Assembly (NCBI GenBank): GCA_963724135.1
Contig: CAVRTA010000006.1
Coordinates: 1,301,857-1,365,856 of the forward strand
Direction of reading: 5' to 3'
Length of the DNA: 64,000 nucleotides
DNA from: an uncultured Solirubrobacteraceae bacterium
GTDB taxonomy: Bacteria; Actinomycetota; Thermoleophilia; Solirubrobacterales; Solirubrobacteraceae
Shown here piece after piece: positions 1 to 8,262 of the stretch (its first letter is position 1; every line of letters starts with the position of its first letter). The notes beneath the pieces were generated by a model. It had not been told where the DNA came from. It saw only the letters and a program-made list of their open reading frames with translations, and did not search any database. The position numbers were made by a program, and so were the translations under genes.

Positions 1-891
1 CCGCGCCGGGCCGGCGCGAAGCGTCCCGTCGGCCGCCTGGTCGAGCCGCACGACCCGCGTGCCCTCGCCGCCGCGCGTGAGGACGACCAGGGCCGACGTC
101 GGCGACGGCGCCGTGTCGGGAGCGGCGAACGCCGCCGGGTCCTCACCGAGGTTGACGGTGGCATACGGCGGCTGCGCGAAGTCCCCGTCGGCACGGCGAA
201 GGTCGATGCCGCCCGTGCGCGCGACGGCGACGACGAACTGCGGCGGGCTGCCGAGCACGATCAGCGCCGGGGCGACGTCAGCCTGGAGGCCGACGGTCGC
301 GGCCGAGGTGACGGCGCCGAGGCCGGCGTCGGCGCCGACCGGCACGCGCACCAGCGAGGGCCCGCGCGTGCAGCCGCCGTTCATCGTGAAGAACAAGAGC
401 CGCGAGCCGTCGGACGCCGGCGGGGTCAGCAGCGGCGAGCCCGCCACCACACAGCCGAGCGAGTCCGGGATCGCGACGTCCGGCCCCAGGCGCGTGCCGG
501 TGCGGGCGTCGAGGCGCGCGATGTCGACGCCCGCGCCGTCGTTGTGCACGGCGAACAGCGCACCCGACCCGGACACGAGCGCGATCCCGGAGCCGAAGGT
601 GGTCGCGGGGTCCGTCACCGGGGAGTCGACGATCGGCACCGGGGTCGTGACATCCGCCCCGCCGGTGAGCAGGCGCACGTGGATGCGCCCGTCGCCGGTG
701 CCGTAGGCGACGCGCTGCTCGGAGGGCGAGCTGCCCTCCGTGACGATCGCCGGCGTTCGCACCGATTCCCCGCCGATCGCCCACGCGGCCAGCGCCGGCA
801 GAGCGCCCGGCTCGACCGGCTGCGTCGAGGACCGCGACGCCGCGCCGCCGGCGACCGGCCACGCCGTGGCGTGCGCGGCCGGGACGATCAA
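1..891 (-). CDS. secreted hypothetical protein; N-terminal ~295 codons, with the 3' end lying beyond the window start
   Basis: This minus-strand frame is open at the window edge, so it is absent from the ORF track. It is stop-free from 1 to about 930 and has strong GC3 bias. The N-terminus ..SSALLLLIVPAAHATAWPVAGG.. looks like a signal peptide. It is followed by beta-strand-like repeats (YGTGDGRIHV, GSGALFAVHNDGAGVDI). The first canonical start is TTG at 891; CTG at 915 would give a fuller signal peptide. The listed ORFs 59..706(+) and 278..862(-) look like off-frame artefacts. Confidence 0.5.
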   Translation of the reverse strand, partial: MIVPAAHATAWPVAGGAASRSSTQPVEPGALPALAAWAIGGESVRTPAIVTEGSSPSEQRVAYGTGDGRIHVRLLTGGADVTTPVPIVDSPVTDPATTFGSGIALVSGSGALFAVHNDGAGVDIARLDARTGTRLGPDVAIPDSLGCVVAGSPLLTPPASDGSRLLFFTMNGGCTRGPSLVRVPVGADAGLGAVTSAATVGLQADVAPALIVLGSPPQFVVAVARTGGIDLRRADGDFAQPPYATVNLGEDPAAFAAPDTAPSPTSALVVLTRGGEGTRVVRLDQAADGTLRAGPAR

Positions 892-907
892 CAGCAGCAG
901 CGCAGAG

Positions 908-2365
908 CTACACAGCCATCGCGATGTACTTCGTCTCCAGGTACTCGTGGATGCCCTCCGTCCCGCCCTCGCGGCCGAAGCCGGACTGCTTGACGCCGCC
1001 GAACGGCGCGCTCGCGTTGGAGACGATGCCCTGGTTGAGACCGACCATGCCGGTCTCGAGGCCCTCGCAGACGCGGAACGCGCGTTCCAGGTCGCGCGTG
1101 TAGACGTAGGCGACCAGGCCGTACTCGGTGGCGTTGGCGGCGGCGAGGGCCTCGTCCTCGGACCCGAACGTCGCGACCGGAGCCACCGGACCGAAGATCT
1201 CCTCCTTGAGCACACGGGCGTCATCCCTCACCCCCGACAACACGGTCGGGGCGTAGAAGTATCCCGGTCCGTCCAGCGCCTCACCGCCGACGACGGCCTC
1301 CGCGCCCTTGCTCGTCGCGTCGCCGACGAGCTCGGCAACCTTCTCCCTTTGGTCCGCGTCGATCAGCGGGCCGACCTCGACCCCCTCCTCGGTGCCGCGG
1401 CCGACCTTCATCGCGCCGAGCCTGTCGGCGAGCTTGGCGGTGAACTCATCAGCGACAGCCTCGGCGACGTGGAAGCGGTTGGCCGAGGTGCACGCCTCGC
1501 CGATGTTGCGCATCTTGGCGATCACCGCGCCCTCGACGGCGGCATCCACGTCGGCGTCCTCGAACACCAGGAACGGCGCGTTGCCGCCGAGCTCCATCGA
1601 GACCTTGAGCACCTGCGCGGCGGACTGCTCGATCAGCATGCGTCCGACCTCGGTCGATCCGGTGAAGGACAGCTTGCGCAACCGCGGGTCCTCGAAGAGG
1701 GGCTTCGACACCGCGGATGCCGAGTGTGAGGTGACCACGTTGAGCACGCCGCCCGGGAGTCCCGCCTCCTGGAGGATCTGCGCCAGCGCGAACATCGACA
1801 GCGGGGTCTGCTTGGCGGGCTTGACGACCATCGTGCAGCCGGCCGCCACGGCGGGACCGATCTTGCGGGTGCCCATCGCCATCGGGAAGTTCCAGGGGGT
1901 GATGAAGTAGCAGGGCCCGACCGGCTGCTTCATCACCAGCATGCGCCCGGCCCCGGTGGGGGCCACCTGCGAAGCGGCCGTCGATCCGCACCGCCTCCTC
2001 GCCGAACCAGCGCAGGAAGTCGGCGGCGTAGACGACCTCGGCCTTGGACTCCTTGATCGTCTTTCCCATCTCCAGCGTCATCAGCAGCGCCAGGTCGTCC
2101 TGCGCGCTCGATGATCAGCTCGTAGGCCCTGCGCAGGATCTCGCTGCGGTCGCGCGGTGCGCTGCGCGCCCACTCGGCCTGGGCGTCCACGGCGGCATCC
2201 ATCGCCGCCTGCGCGTCGTCCGGGGTCGCGTCGGCGACCTCGGCGATCGTCTCGCCGGTCGACGGGTCCTCGACCGGCAGGGTCGCCGTCGGCGTCGCGC
2301 CACTCGCCCGCGATGAACAGGCCGGTCTTGACGCCATCGACGACTGAGGCCTCGGCGGTGGTCAT
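908..2365 (-). pseudogene. gabD: succinate-semialdehyde / aldehyde dehydrogenase (GabD-like), interrupted by three frameshifts
   Basis: ALDH motifs are present: FITPWNFP, VSMELGGNAP, GEACTSANR, EEIFGPV, GGVKQSGFGREG. Homology runs through four frames. Segment 1 is MTTAEASVVDGVKTGLFIAGEWRDA from ATG 2365. After a shift at ~2281-2286 comes TLPVEDPSTGETIAEVADATPDDA... After a shift at ~2100-2106 comes DDLALLMTLEMGKTIKESKAEVVYAADFLRWFGEEAVRIDGRF. After a shift at ~1967-1972 comes QVAPTGAGRMLVMKQPVGPCYF..., running to the stop at 908. Confidence 0.8.
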
Positions 2366-4016
2366 GCGGCGACTGTCTCCTTTCCCAGCTGCTCCTGCAG
2401 CCCGATGTCCTGCGAGTAGTCGATCGGCACCACGACGATGGACGGCTCGTCGAGCTCGAGCGCCCTGCCGAGGTGCTGCGCGAAGTCGTCGGTGGACTCG
2501 CAGCGGAAGCCCGGCAGCCCGAAGGCCTGCGCGAGCGCGACGAAGTCCGGATTGGTGAAGTCGACCCCGAAGTGGCGGCCGAACTTCTCGTCCTGCTTCC
2601 ACACGATCGAGCCGAACTGCTGGTTCTCCCAGATCACGTTGACGACGGCGGTCTTCAGGCGCCGGGCCGTCTCGAGCTCCTGGCAGTTCATCAGGAAGCC
2701 GCCGTCGCCCGCTCACGGTCACGACCTTGCGCTCCGGCTTGACGAGTTTGGCCGCGATCGCCGCCGGCAGAGCGATGCCCATCCCGGCGAGGCCGTTGGC
2801 GATGAAGACGGTGTCCGGCTCGTGGGCCGGGAACATGCGCGCGATCCACAGCTTGTGCATGCCGACATCGGACACGAGGATGTCGTCGCGGTCGAGCGCC
2901 TGGCGGATCTCCCACAGCACGCGCGGCGGGTGCATCGGGAACGCGTCGTCGGAGGCGCCGTCGCGGAATGCGCCCTGGACGAGATCCTCGAGCGCCGACG
3001 GTGTCGTGGTCGCCGGCTCGCCCGTGCCGACCAGAGCGGTGAGGCGACGCAGGATCAGGTCGATGTCACCGATCAGGTCCGCGGTGGTGACGAAGTGCTC
3101 GTCGACCTCGGCGGACACCGAGTCGATGCAGATGATCGTCTTGTCGCCCTTTGGGTTCCAGTTGACCGGCGCGTGCTCGACGAGGTCGTAGCCGACCGTG
3201 ATGATCACGTCGGCGTGGTCGAAGCCGGCGAGCTCGTAGTCGCGGGCCTGCATCCCGACGGTGCCGCGCCAGTGCGGGTCCTCGTCGTCGAGGACGCCCT
3301 TGCCCATGAACGTGGCGGCGACGCCCATCCCGGTGGCGTGGGCGAAGGCGCGCAGCGCCGGCGCGGCATCGCCGCGCGACACGCCGTTGCCCGCCAGCAC
3401 CAGCGGGTGCTCGGCGCCGGCGGATGATCTCCGCCGCCTCGTCGAGCTCGCCCTGGCTGGGCTCGGGACGGCGGCGCTCCTGGCGGTGGGGCAGCGGCCG
3501 GGCGTCGCCGGGGTCGGAGCCCATCACGTCCTCGGGAAGCTCGATGTGCGTCGGCCCCGGCTTCTGGCCCTGCGCGACCTTGAACGCCTTGCGCACCGCC
3601 TCGGGGATCATCGCCGGTGAGTTCAGCCGGGCGTTCCACTTGGTGATCGGCTTGAAGAGCGAGATGACGTCGATGTATTGGTGGCTCTCCTTGTGCGTGC
3701 GCTCGAGGTCGCCCTGGCCGGTGAGCGCGACCAGCGGCGAGCGGTCGAGCCAGGCGTCGGCGACCGCCGTGACGAGGTTGGTGGCGCCTGGCCCGAGCGT
3801 TCCCAGGCACACGCCCGCCCGGTGGGTCAGGCGCCCGTACATGTCGGCCATGTAGGCACCGCCCTGCTCGTGTCGAACAGGAACGAACTGGATGCCCGAA
3901 TCCGCCAGCGCGCGGTTGAGGTCGAGCGTCTCCTCACCGGGGATGCCGAAGACGTACTCGACGCCCTCGGCCTCCAGGCAGTCAACGAACAGGTCCGCGG
4001 CATTGCGCTCTTCCAT
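2362..4016 (-). pseudogene. thiamine-diphosphate enzyme, acetolactate-synthase-like, interrupted by two frameshifts
   Basis: The N-terminus is MEERNAADLFVDCLEAEGVEYVFGIPGEE..GPGATNLVTAVADA (ThDP Pyr domain). The middle segment is ..HPLVLAGNGVSRGDAAPALRAFAHATGMGVAATFMGKG... The C-terminus carries a GDGGF-type ThDP motif, read as VTVSG|DGGFLMNCQELETA. The three segments lie in three frames: the C-terminal part of ORF 3066..5414, ORF 2081..3400 and ORF 2362..2691. The shifts are at ~3412-3422 and at the CCC run 2707-2709. Confidence 0.8.
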
Positions 4017-4030
4017 GACGAAACTCCTTC

Positions 4031-4057
4031 CCACGTTGTGCGTCTTACCTAACGTGG
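4031..4057. promoter_or_regulatory. 7-bp inverted repeat CCACGTT-N13-AACGTGG in a 48-bp divergent intergenic region (candidate operator)
   Basis: Seen directly. It lies between the als-like start (4016, minus strand) and the SpoIID-like start (4065, plus strand). There is no functional evidence. Confidence 0.2.
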
Positions 4058-4064
4058 TGTCTGC

Positions 4065-5438
4065 ATGATGAAGGCCCGGCTGCTCCTGTGCGCCCTGCTG
4101 CTCGCGCTGCCCGCCAGCGCGGATGCCGCGTCCCGCTTCACCATCCGCGGGGCGGGCTTCGGGCACGGCGTGGGGATGAGCCAGTACGGCGCGTACGGCT
4201 TCGCCCAGCACGGCTGGACCTACGACGACATCCTCGCCCACTACTACACGGACACCGAGCTCGAGCGGATCGGGTCGCGGACGGTGCGGGTGCTGCTGCA
4301 GGGCTCGGTCTCGAGCGCGGCGATCAGCGGCGCCACCCGGTCGGGCGGCAAGCGCCTGAGCCCGTCCAAGACGTACTACGTCCGCCACGGGGCGGGGTCG
4401 AACACCGTCGACCTGGTCTCGGCGTCGGGCAACCGCATCCGCCACGTGTCGGCGCTGCTGAAGGTGCGCGGCGCCAGGCTGCGCCTCGGCGGGGTCGGCG
4501 TCTACCGGCACTCGTTCGAGTTCCGGCCGTCGGGGACGATGGGCGTCCAGACGGTCAACGCGCTGCCGGTCGAGAGCTACATCCGCGGCGTGGTGGCGCG
4601 CGAGTCGCCGGCGTCGTGGCCGGCGGAGGCGCTCAGGGCGCAGGCCGTCGCGGCGCGCACCTACGCGCTGACCACCTCCAAGGGCGCCTCCAGCTGGGAC
4701 CACTACCCGGATACGCGCTCCCAGGTCTACGGCGGGGTCGCCGCGGAGACGCCGACGACGGACGCCGCGGTGCGGGCCACCCGCGGCGAGGTCGTCACCT
4801 ACGACGGCGAGCCCGTGGTCACGTACTTCTTCTCGACCTCCGGCGGGCGCACCGAGAACGTCGAGAACGCGTTCGGTGGCGACCCCGAGCCGTGGCTGAA
4901 GTCCGTCAAGGACCCCTACGACGACGCCTCGCCCAAGCATCGCTGGAGGCTGCGGATGGCGAAGTCCGCCGCCGCGAGCAGGCTCAGCGGCCTCTACAGC
5001 GGGCGCTTCAAGGGGATCCGCGTGGTCAAGCGCGGGCGCTCGCCGCGCATCGTGCTCGCCGAGGTGGTCGGCAGCGCCGGGAGCCAGCGCGTCAGCGGGG
5101 CGACCCTGCGCGCGCGGCTGGGGACCTACGACACGTGGATGTACTTCACGTCGATCAAGTCCGGCCAGGCGCAGGAGGGGCCGAAGGCCGAGAAGGACAG
5201 CATCGGCGCGGTTCCCGAGGCACGCGCGGCGCGCGCCGGGCACGTGCTCGCGGGAGAGGTCTTCCCGGCCGTCAGGGGCGCCCTGATCGTCGTCCAGCGC
5301 CGCACCGCGGACGGCTGGCGGGTGGTCGGCGAGACGCGCACGGTCGCGGGCGGGCGGTACCGCTACGAGGCCAGCAGCCGCGGCGTGTACCGGGTCCGCT
5401 ACATCGTCGACCACGGGCCTGCGGTGCGCCTGAGGTAG
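4065..5438 (+). CDS. SpoIID/LytB-domain protein (secreted)
   Basis: Signal peptide MMKARLLLCALLLALPASA. Shows the SpoIID-type motifs GHGVGMSQYGA, AQAVAARTYA and YFFSTSGGRTEN. Confidence 0.85.
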   Translation: MMKARLLLCALLLALPASADAASRFTIRGAGFGHGVGMSQYGAYGFAQHGWTYDDILAHYYTDTELERIGSRTVRVLLQGSVSSAAISGATRSGGKRLSPSKTYYVRHGAGSNTVDLVSASGNRIRHVSALLKVRGARLRLGGVGVYRHSFEFRPSGTMGVQTVNALPVESYIRGVVARESPASWPAEALRAQAVAARTYALTTSKGASSWDHYPDTRSQVYGGVAAETPTTDAAVRATRGEVVTYDGEPVVTYFFSTSGGRTENVENAFGGDPEPWLKSVKDPYDDASPKHRWRLRMAKSAAASRLSGLYSGRFKGIRVVKRGRSPRIVLAEVVGSAGSQRVSGATLRARLGTYDTWMYFTSIKSGQAQEGPKAEKDSIGAVPEARAARAGHVLAGEVFPAVRGALIVVQRRTADGWRVVGETRTVAGGRYRYEASSRGVYRVRYIVDHGPAVRLR

Positions 5439-5551
5439 CGGTCGGCGGCACGAAGAAGCCGCCCCTGGATAGCCCGCGCCACAGCCCGTGCAATCCAGGA
5501 CTGGACCTCCCGGACCCCCTCCCTCGGCCTGAACGTCAGACTGCCGGGCGC

Positions 5552-6913
5552 ATGGAGTTCACCGAGTACGCCTCGTACGACGCCGTCGGGCTGGCAGAGC
5601 TGGTCGCGGACAGGCAGGTCACCGGCGAGGAGCTGCTGGCGCTGGCGCGCTCGCGAGCGCAGGACGTCAACCCGCAGCTCAACGCGATCGTCCGCGACAT
5701 CGACCCGCCGCCGGCCGGGGACGGGCCGTTCGCGGGCGTGCCGTTCCTGCTCAAGGACCTCGTGCAATCGGTGGCCGGCGTGCCTACCTCGAACGGGTGC
5801 AAGGCGCTGCGCGACGTGGCGATGCCGGTCACGACGACCGCGGTGCAGCGCTGGCTCGACGCCGGCCTGGCCGTGTTCGGCAAGACCAACACGCCCGAGT
5901 TCGGTGCCAAGGCCGTCACGGAACCGGACCTGTTCGGCCCGTGCAGCAATCCGTGGAACCGCGAGCACACGCCGGGCGGTTCGTCCGGCGGCGCGGCCGC
6001 GGCCGTGGCCGCCGGGATCGTGCCCGCGGCGGGTGCGAGCGACGGGGGCGGCTCGATCCGCATCCCGGCCGCGTGCTGCGGCCTGTTCGGGCTCAAGCCG
6101 GGACGGGGGCTGGTTCCGTCCGGGCCGCTGGTCGGCGAGGGCCTGCACGGCTTCAGCGTCCAGGGCGTGATCACGCGGTCGGTGCGCGACACGGCGGCGA
6201 TGCTCGACGTTCTCGCCGGCCCGGACGTGACGTCGCCCTACGCGGCGGCCGTCGGGGAGCGTCCCTTCGCCGACGAGCTCGGCACCGATCCCGGCCCGCT
6301 GCGCGTCGCCGTCGGCGCCGCCCCCGAACCCACCGGCGAGGCGCGCGCCGCGGTCGAGTCCGCGGTCGCGGCGCTCGAGGAGCTCGGCCACTCCGTCGAG
6401 GCGGTGGCAGCGCCGTATGACCCGGACGCGATGGCGCACGACTTCCTCACCGCCTGGTTCGTCAACGCCGCGTTCCTGGTCGACCGCATCAAGCTGATGA
6501 CCGGCTGCGGCGACGAAGGGTTCGAGGCCGACACCCTGCGCATGGCGGAACGCGGCCGCCCGACCACCGGCCTGGAGTTGTGGGCCGCGCTCGAGCGCCG
6601 CCAGGAGCACGTACTGCGGCTCGCCGCCTTCCACGCCGAGTACGACCTGCTGCTCACGCCCGCGCTCGCCGCGCCCCCGCCGCGGATCGGGCACTTCGAC
6701 TCCGACGAGCCCGACCAGATGCTGGCCTGGGTCCCCTACACCCAGCTCGCCAACATCACCGGCCGGCCGGCGATGAGCGTCCCGCTGTACTGGACGCCCG
6801 ACGGTCTTCCGCTCGGCGTGCAGTTCGTCGCTCCGCTGCGGGGCGAGGGCACGCTGCTGCGGCTGGCGGCCCAGCTCGAGCGGGCGCGGCCATGGGCCGA
6901 CCACCGCCCGTGA
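5552..6913 (+). CDS. amidase (amidase-signature family)
   Basis: This is the C-terminal part of ORF 4088..6913, starting at the in-frame ATG 5552 (MEFTEYASYDAV..). It carries the AS signature GGSSGGAAAAVAAG..ASDGGGSIRIPAA and KTNTPEFG. Confidence 0.85.
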   Translation: MEFTEYASYDAVGLAELVADRQVTGEELLALARSRAQDVNPQLNAIVRDIDPPPAGDGPFAGVPFLLKDLVQSVAGVPTSNGCKALRDVAMPVTTTAVQRWLDAGLAVFGKTNTPEFGAKAVTEPDLFGPCSNPWNREHTPGGSSGGAAAAVAAGIVPAAGASDGGGSIRIPAACCGLFGLKPGRGLVPSGPLVGEGLHGFSVQGVITRSVRDTAAMLDVLAGPDVTSPYAAAVGERPFADELGTDPGPLRVAVGAAPEPTGEARAAVESAVAALEELGHSVEAVAAPYDPDAMAHDFLTAWFVNAAFLVDRIKLMTGCGDEGFEADTLRMAERGRPTTGLELWAALERRQEHVLRLAAFHAEYDLLLTPALAAPPPRIGHFDSDEPDQMLAWVPYTQLANITGRPAMSVPLYWTPDGLPLGVQFVAPLRGEGTLLRLAAQLERARPWADHRP

Positions 6914-6941
6914 CACAAAAGGGACAGACCCTTTTGTGTCA
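6911..6941. repeat. palindromic element copy A: TGACACAAAAGGG-ACAGA-CCCTTTTGTGTCA (candidate bidirectional terminator)
   Basis: A perfect 13-bp stem. Its outer TGA/TCA triplets are the stop codons of the convergent amidase (6911-6913) and MaoC (6939-6941) genes. Confidence 0.8.
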
Positions 6942-7400
6942 GCCGTAGAAGCGCGCGAGCGTCTCCGCCACGCAGACGGGCTTGTCGCCGCCCTCGGTCT
7001 CGTAGGTCATCAGCGTGGTGACCTGCACGCCGCCCGGCACGTCCTCGATCCTGTCGATCCTGGCGGTCGCGCGGACCTTCGCGCCGACGGGCAGCGGGGC
7101 CGGGAAGCGCACCTTGCCCAGCCCGTAGTTGAGCGCGAAGTTGAAGCCGGAGAACTTCGCGATCTCGTCCATCATCTTCGGTGACAGCGAGAGCGTGTAG
7201 TAGCCGTGGGCGATCGTGCCGCCGAACGGCGTGTCCTTGGCGCGCTCGGGGTCGACGTGGATCCACTGATGGTCGCCGGTGACGTCGGCGAAGTCGTTGA
7301 CGATCTCCTGGGTCACCTCGTGCCAGTCCGAGGAGCCGAGCTCCTCTCCCTCGAGGCCCCTGAGCTCTTCGATTCCGTTGATCTCGCGCATGCCCGACAT
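6939..7400 (-). CDS. MaoC-like (R)-specific enoyl-CoA hydratase/dehydratase
   Basis: Hot-dog fold motifs FADVTGDHQWIHVDPERA and GGTIAHGYY. The ORF is 153 aa. Confidence 0.8.
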   Translation of the reverse strand: MSGMREINGIEELRGLEGEELGSSDWHEVTQEIVNDFADVTGDHQWIHVDPERAKDTPFGGTIAHGYYTLSLSPKMMDEIAKFSGFNFALNYGLGKVRFPAPLPVGAKVRATARIDRIEDVPGGVQVTTLMTYETEGGDKPVCVAETLARFYG

Positions 7401-8262
7401 ACTGCCGACTGTGACCGGCCCACTGCTCGTCGCTGACGCTCCACACCTGCTCTACCGGGCGTTCTTCGGGCTGCCCGACTCCATCAAGGGCGCCGACGGC
7501 CGCCCGGTGAACGCCCTGCTCGGGTCGGTCAACCAGACGCTCTACGTGATCGAGCGCTGGCATCCGCGCGCGGTCGTCATGTGCTTCGGGGCCGAGGCGG
7601 CGGAGTACCGAACGGCGGCCTACCCGCCCTACCACGCCCACCGGCCGCCGATGCCCGACGACCTCGCCCATCAGTGGATGCTGGCCCCCGACCTCTACCG
7701 GGCGCTGGGCTGGCACGTGCTCGACTCGGCCGAGTTCGAGGCCGACGACGTGATGGGGACGCTCGTTGCGCTCGAGGAGGAGGCGGCCGGCAGGGCGCTG
7801 ATCCTGTCCGGTGACCGCGACATGTTCCAGTGCGTGACGGAGGCCGTGCACGTCCTGCTCCAGCAGCGCGGGCGCGAGGGCCCGGAGGAGCTCGGGCCGG
7901 CGGAGGTCCGAGCGCGCTACGGCGTCGACCCCGCCCGGGTGCCCGACTTCATCGCGCTGCGCGGAGATCCATCGGACGGGCTCCCGGGCGCCAAGGGCAT
8001 CGGGGAGAAGACCGCGGCCGACCTGCTCCAGCGCCGCGACACGCTCGAGGGCGCGATCGAGTGCGCGATCAAGGAGAAGCCGGGCGTGCGCAAGGCGCTG
8101 CTCGCGCAGGCGGACGAGCTGCGCATGTTCCGCGACGTCGCCACGCTGCGGCGGCTAGATTTGCAGCGTCCGCGCGACGCTCCCACGGACGGGACAGGCG
8201 GTGCGGACGCCGCCGAGGCGCTCGGAATGCGCCGGCTGGCGGAGCGCCTGCGCAAATCCTGA
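7390..8262 (+). CDS. 5'-3' exonuclease / flap endonuclease (Pol I N-terminal domain-like)
   Basis: H3TH motif LRGDPSDGLPGAKGIGEKTAADLL; also ILSGDRDMFQ and FEADDVMGTL. ATG 7390 was chosen inside ORF 7279..8262; GTG 7413 is also possible. Confidence 0.75.
   Translation: MPDILPTVTGPLLVADAPHLLYRAFFGLPDSIKGADGRPVNALLGSVNQTLYVIERWHPRAVVMCFGAEAAEYRTAAYPPYHAHRPPMPDDLAHQWMLAPDLYRALGWHVLDSAEFEADDVMGTLVALEEEAAGRALILSGDRDMFQCVTEAVHVLLQQRGREGPEELGPAEVRARYGVDPARVPDFIALRGDPSDGLPGAKGIGEKTAADLLQRRDTLEGAIECAIKEKPGVRKALLAQADELRMFRDVATLRRLDLQRPRDAPTDGTGGADAAEALGMRRLAERLRKS

Noticed and set aside
59-862. Track ORFs 59..706(+) and 278..862(-) as the coding sequences of the first kilobase.
   Set aside because: Both translate to Arg- or Ser/Pro-rich low-complexity sequence. 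The third minus-strand frame, open at the window edge, gives a signal peptide and a sensible globular sequence.
1967-2286. Programmed ribosomal frameshifting in gabD or the als-like gene.
   Set aside because: Five shifts in two genes, with no slippery heptamers or stimulatory structures that I could see. Simple single-base insertions in G/C contexts explain all of them.
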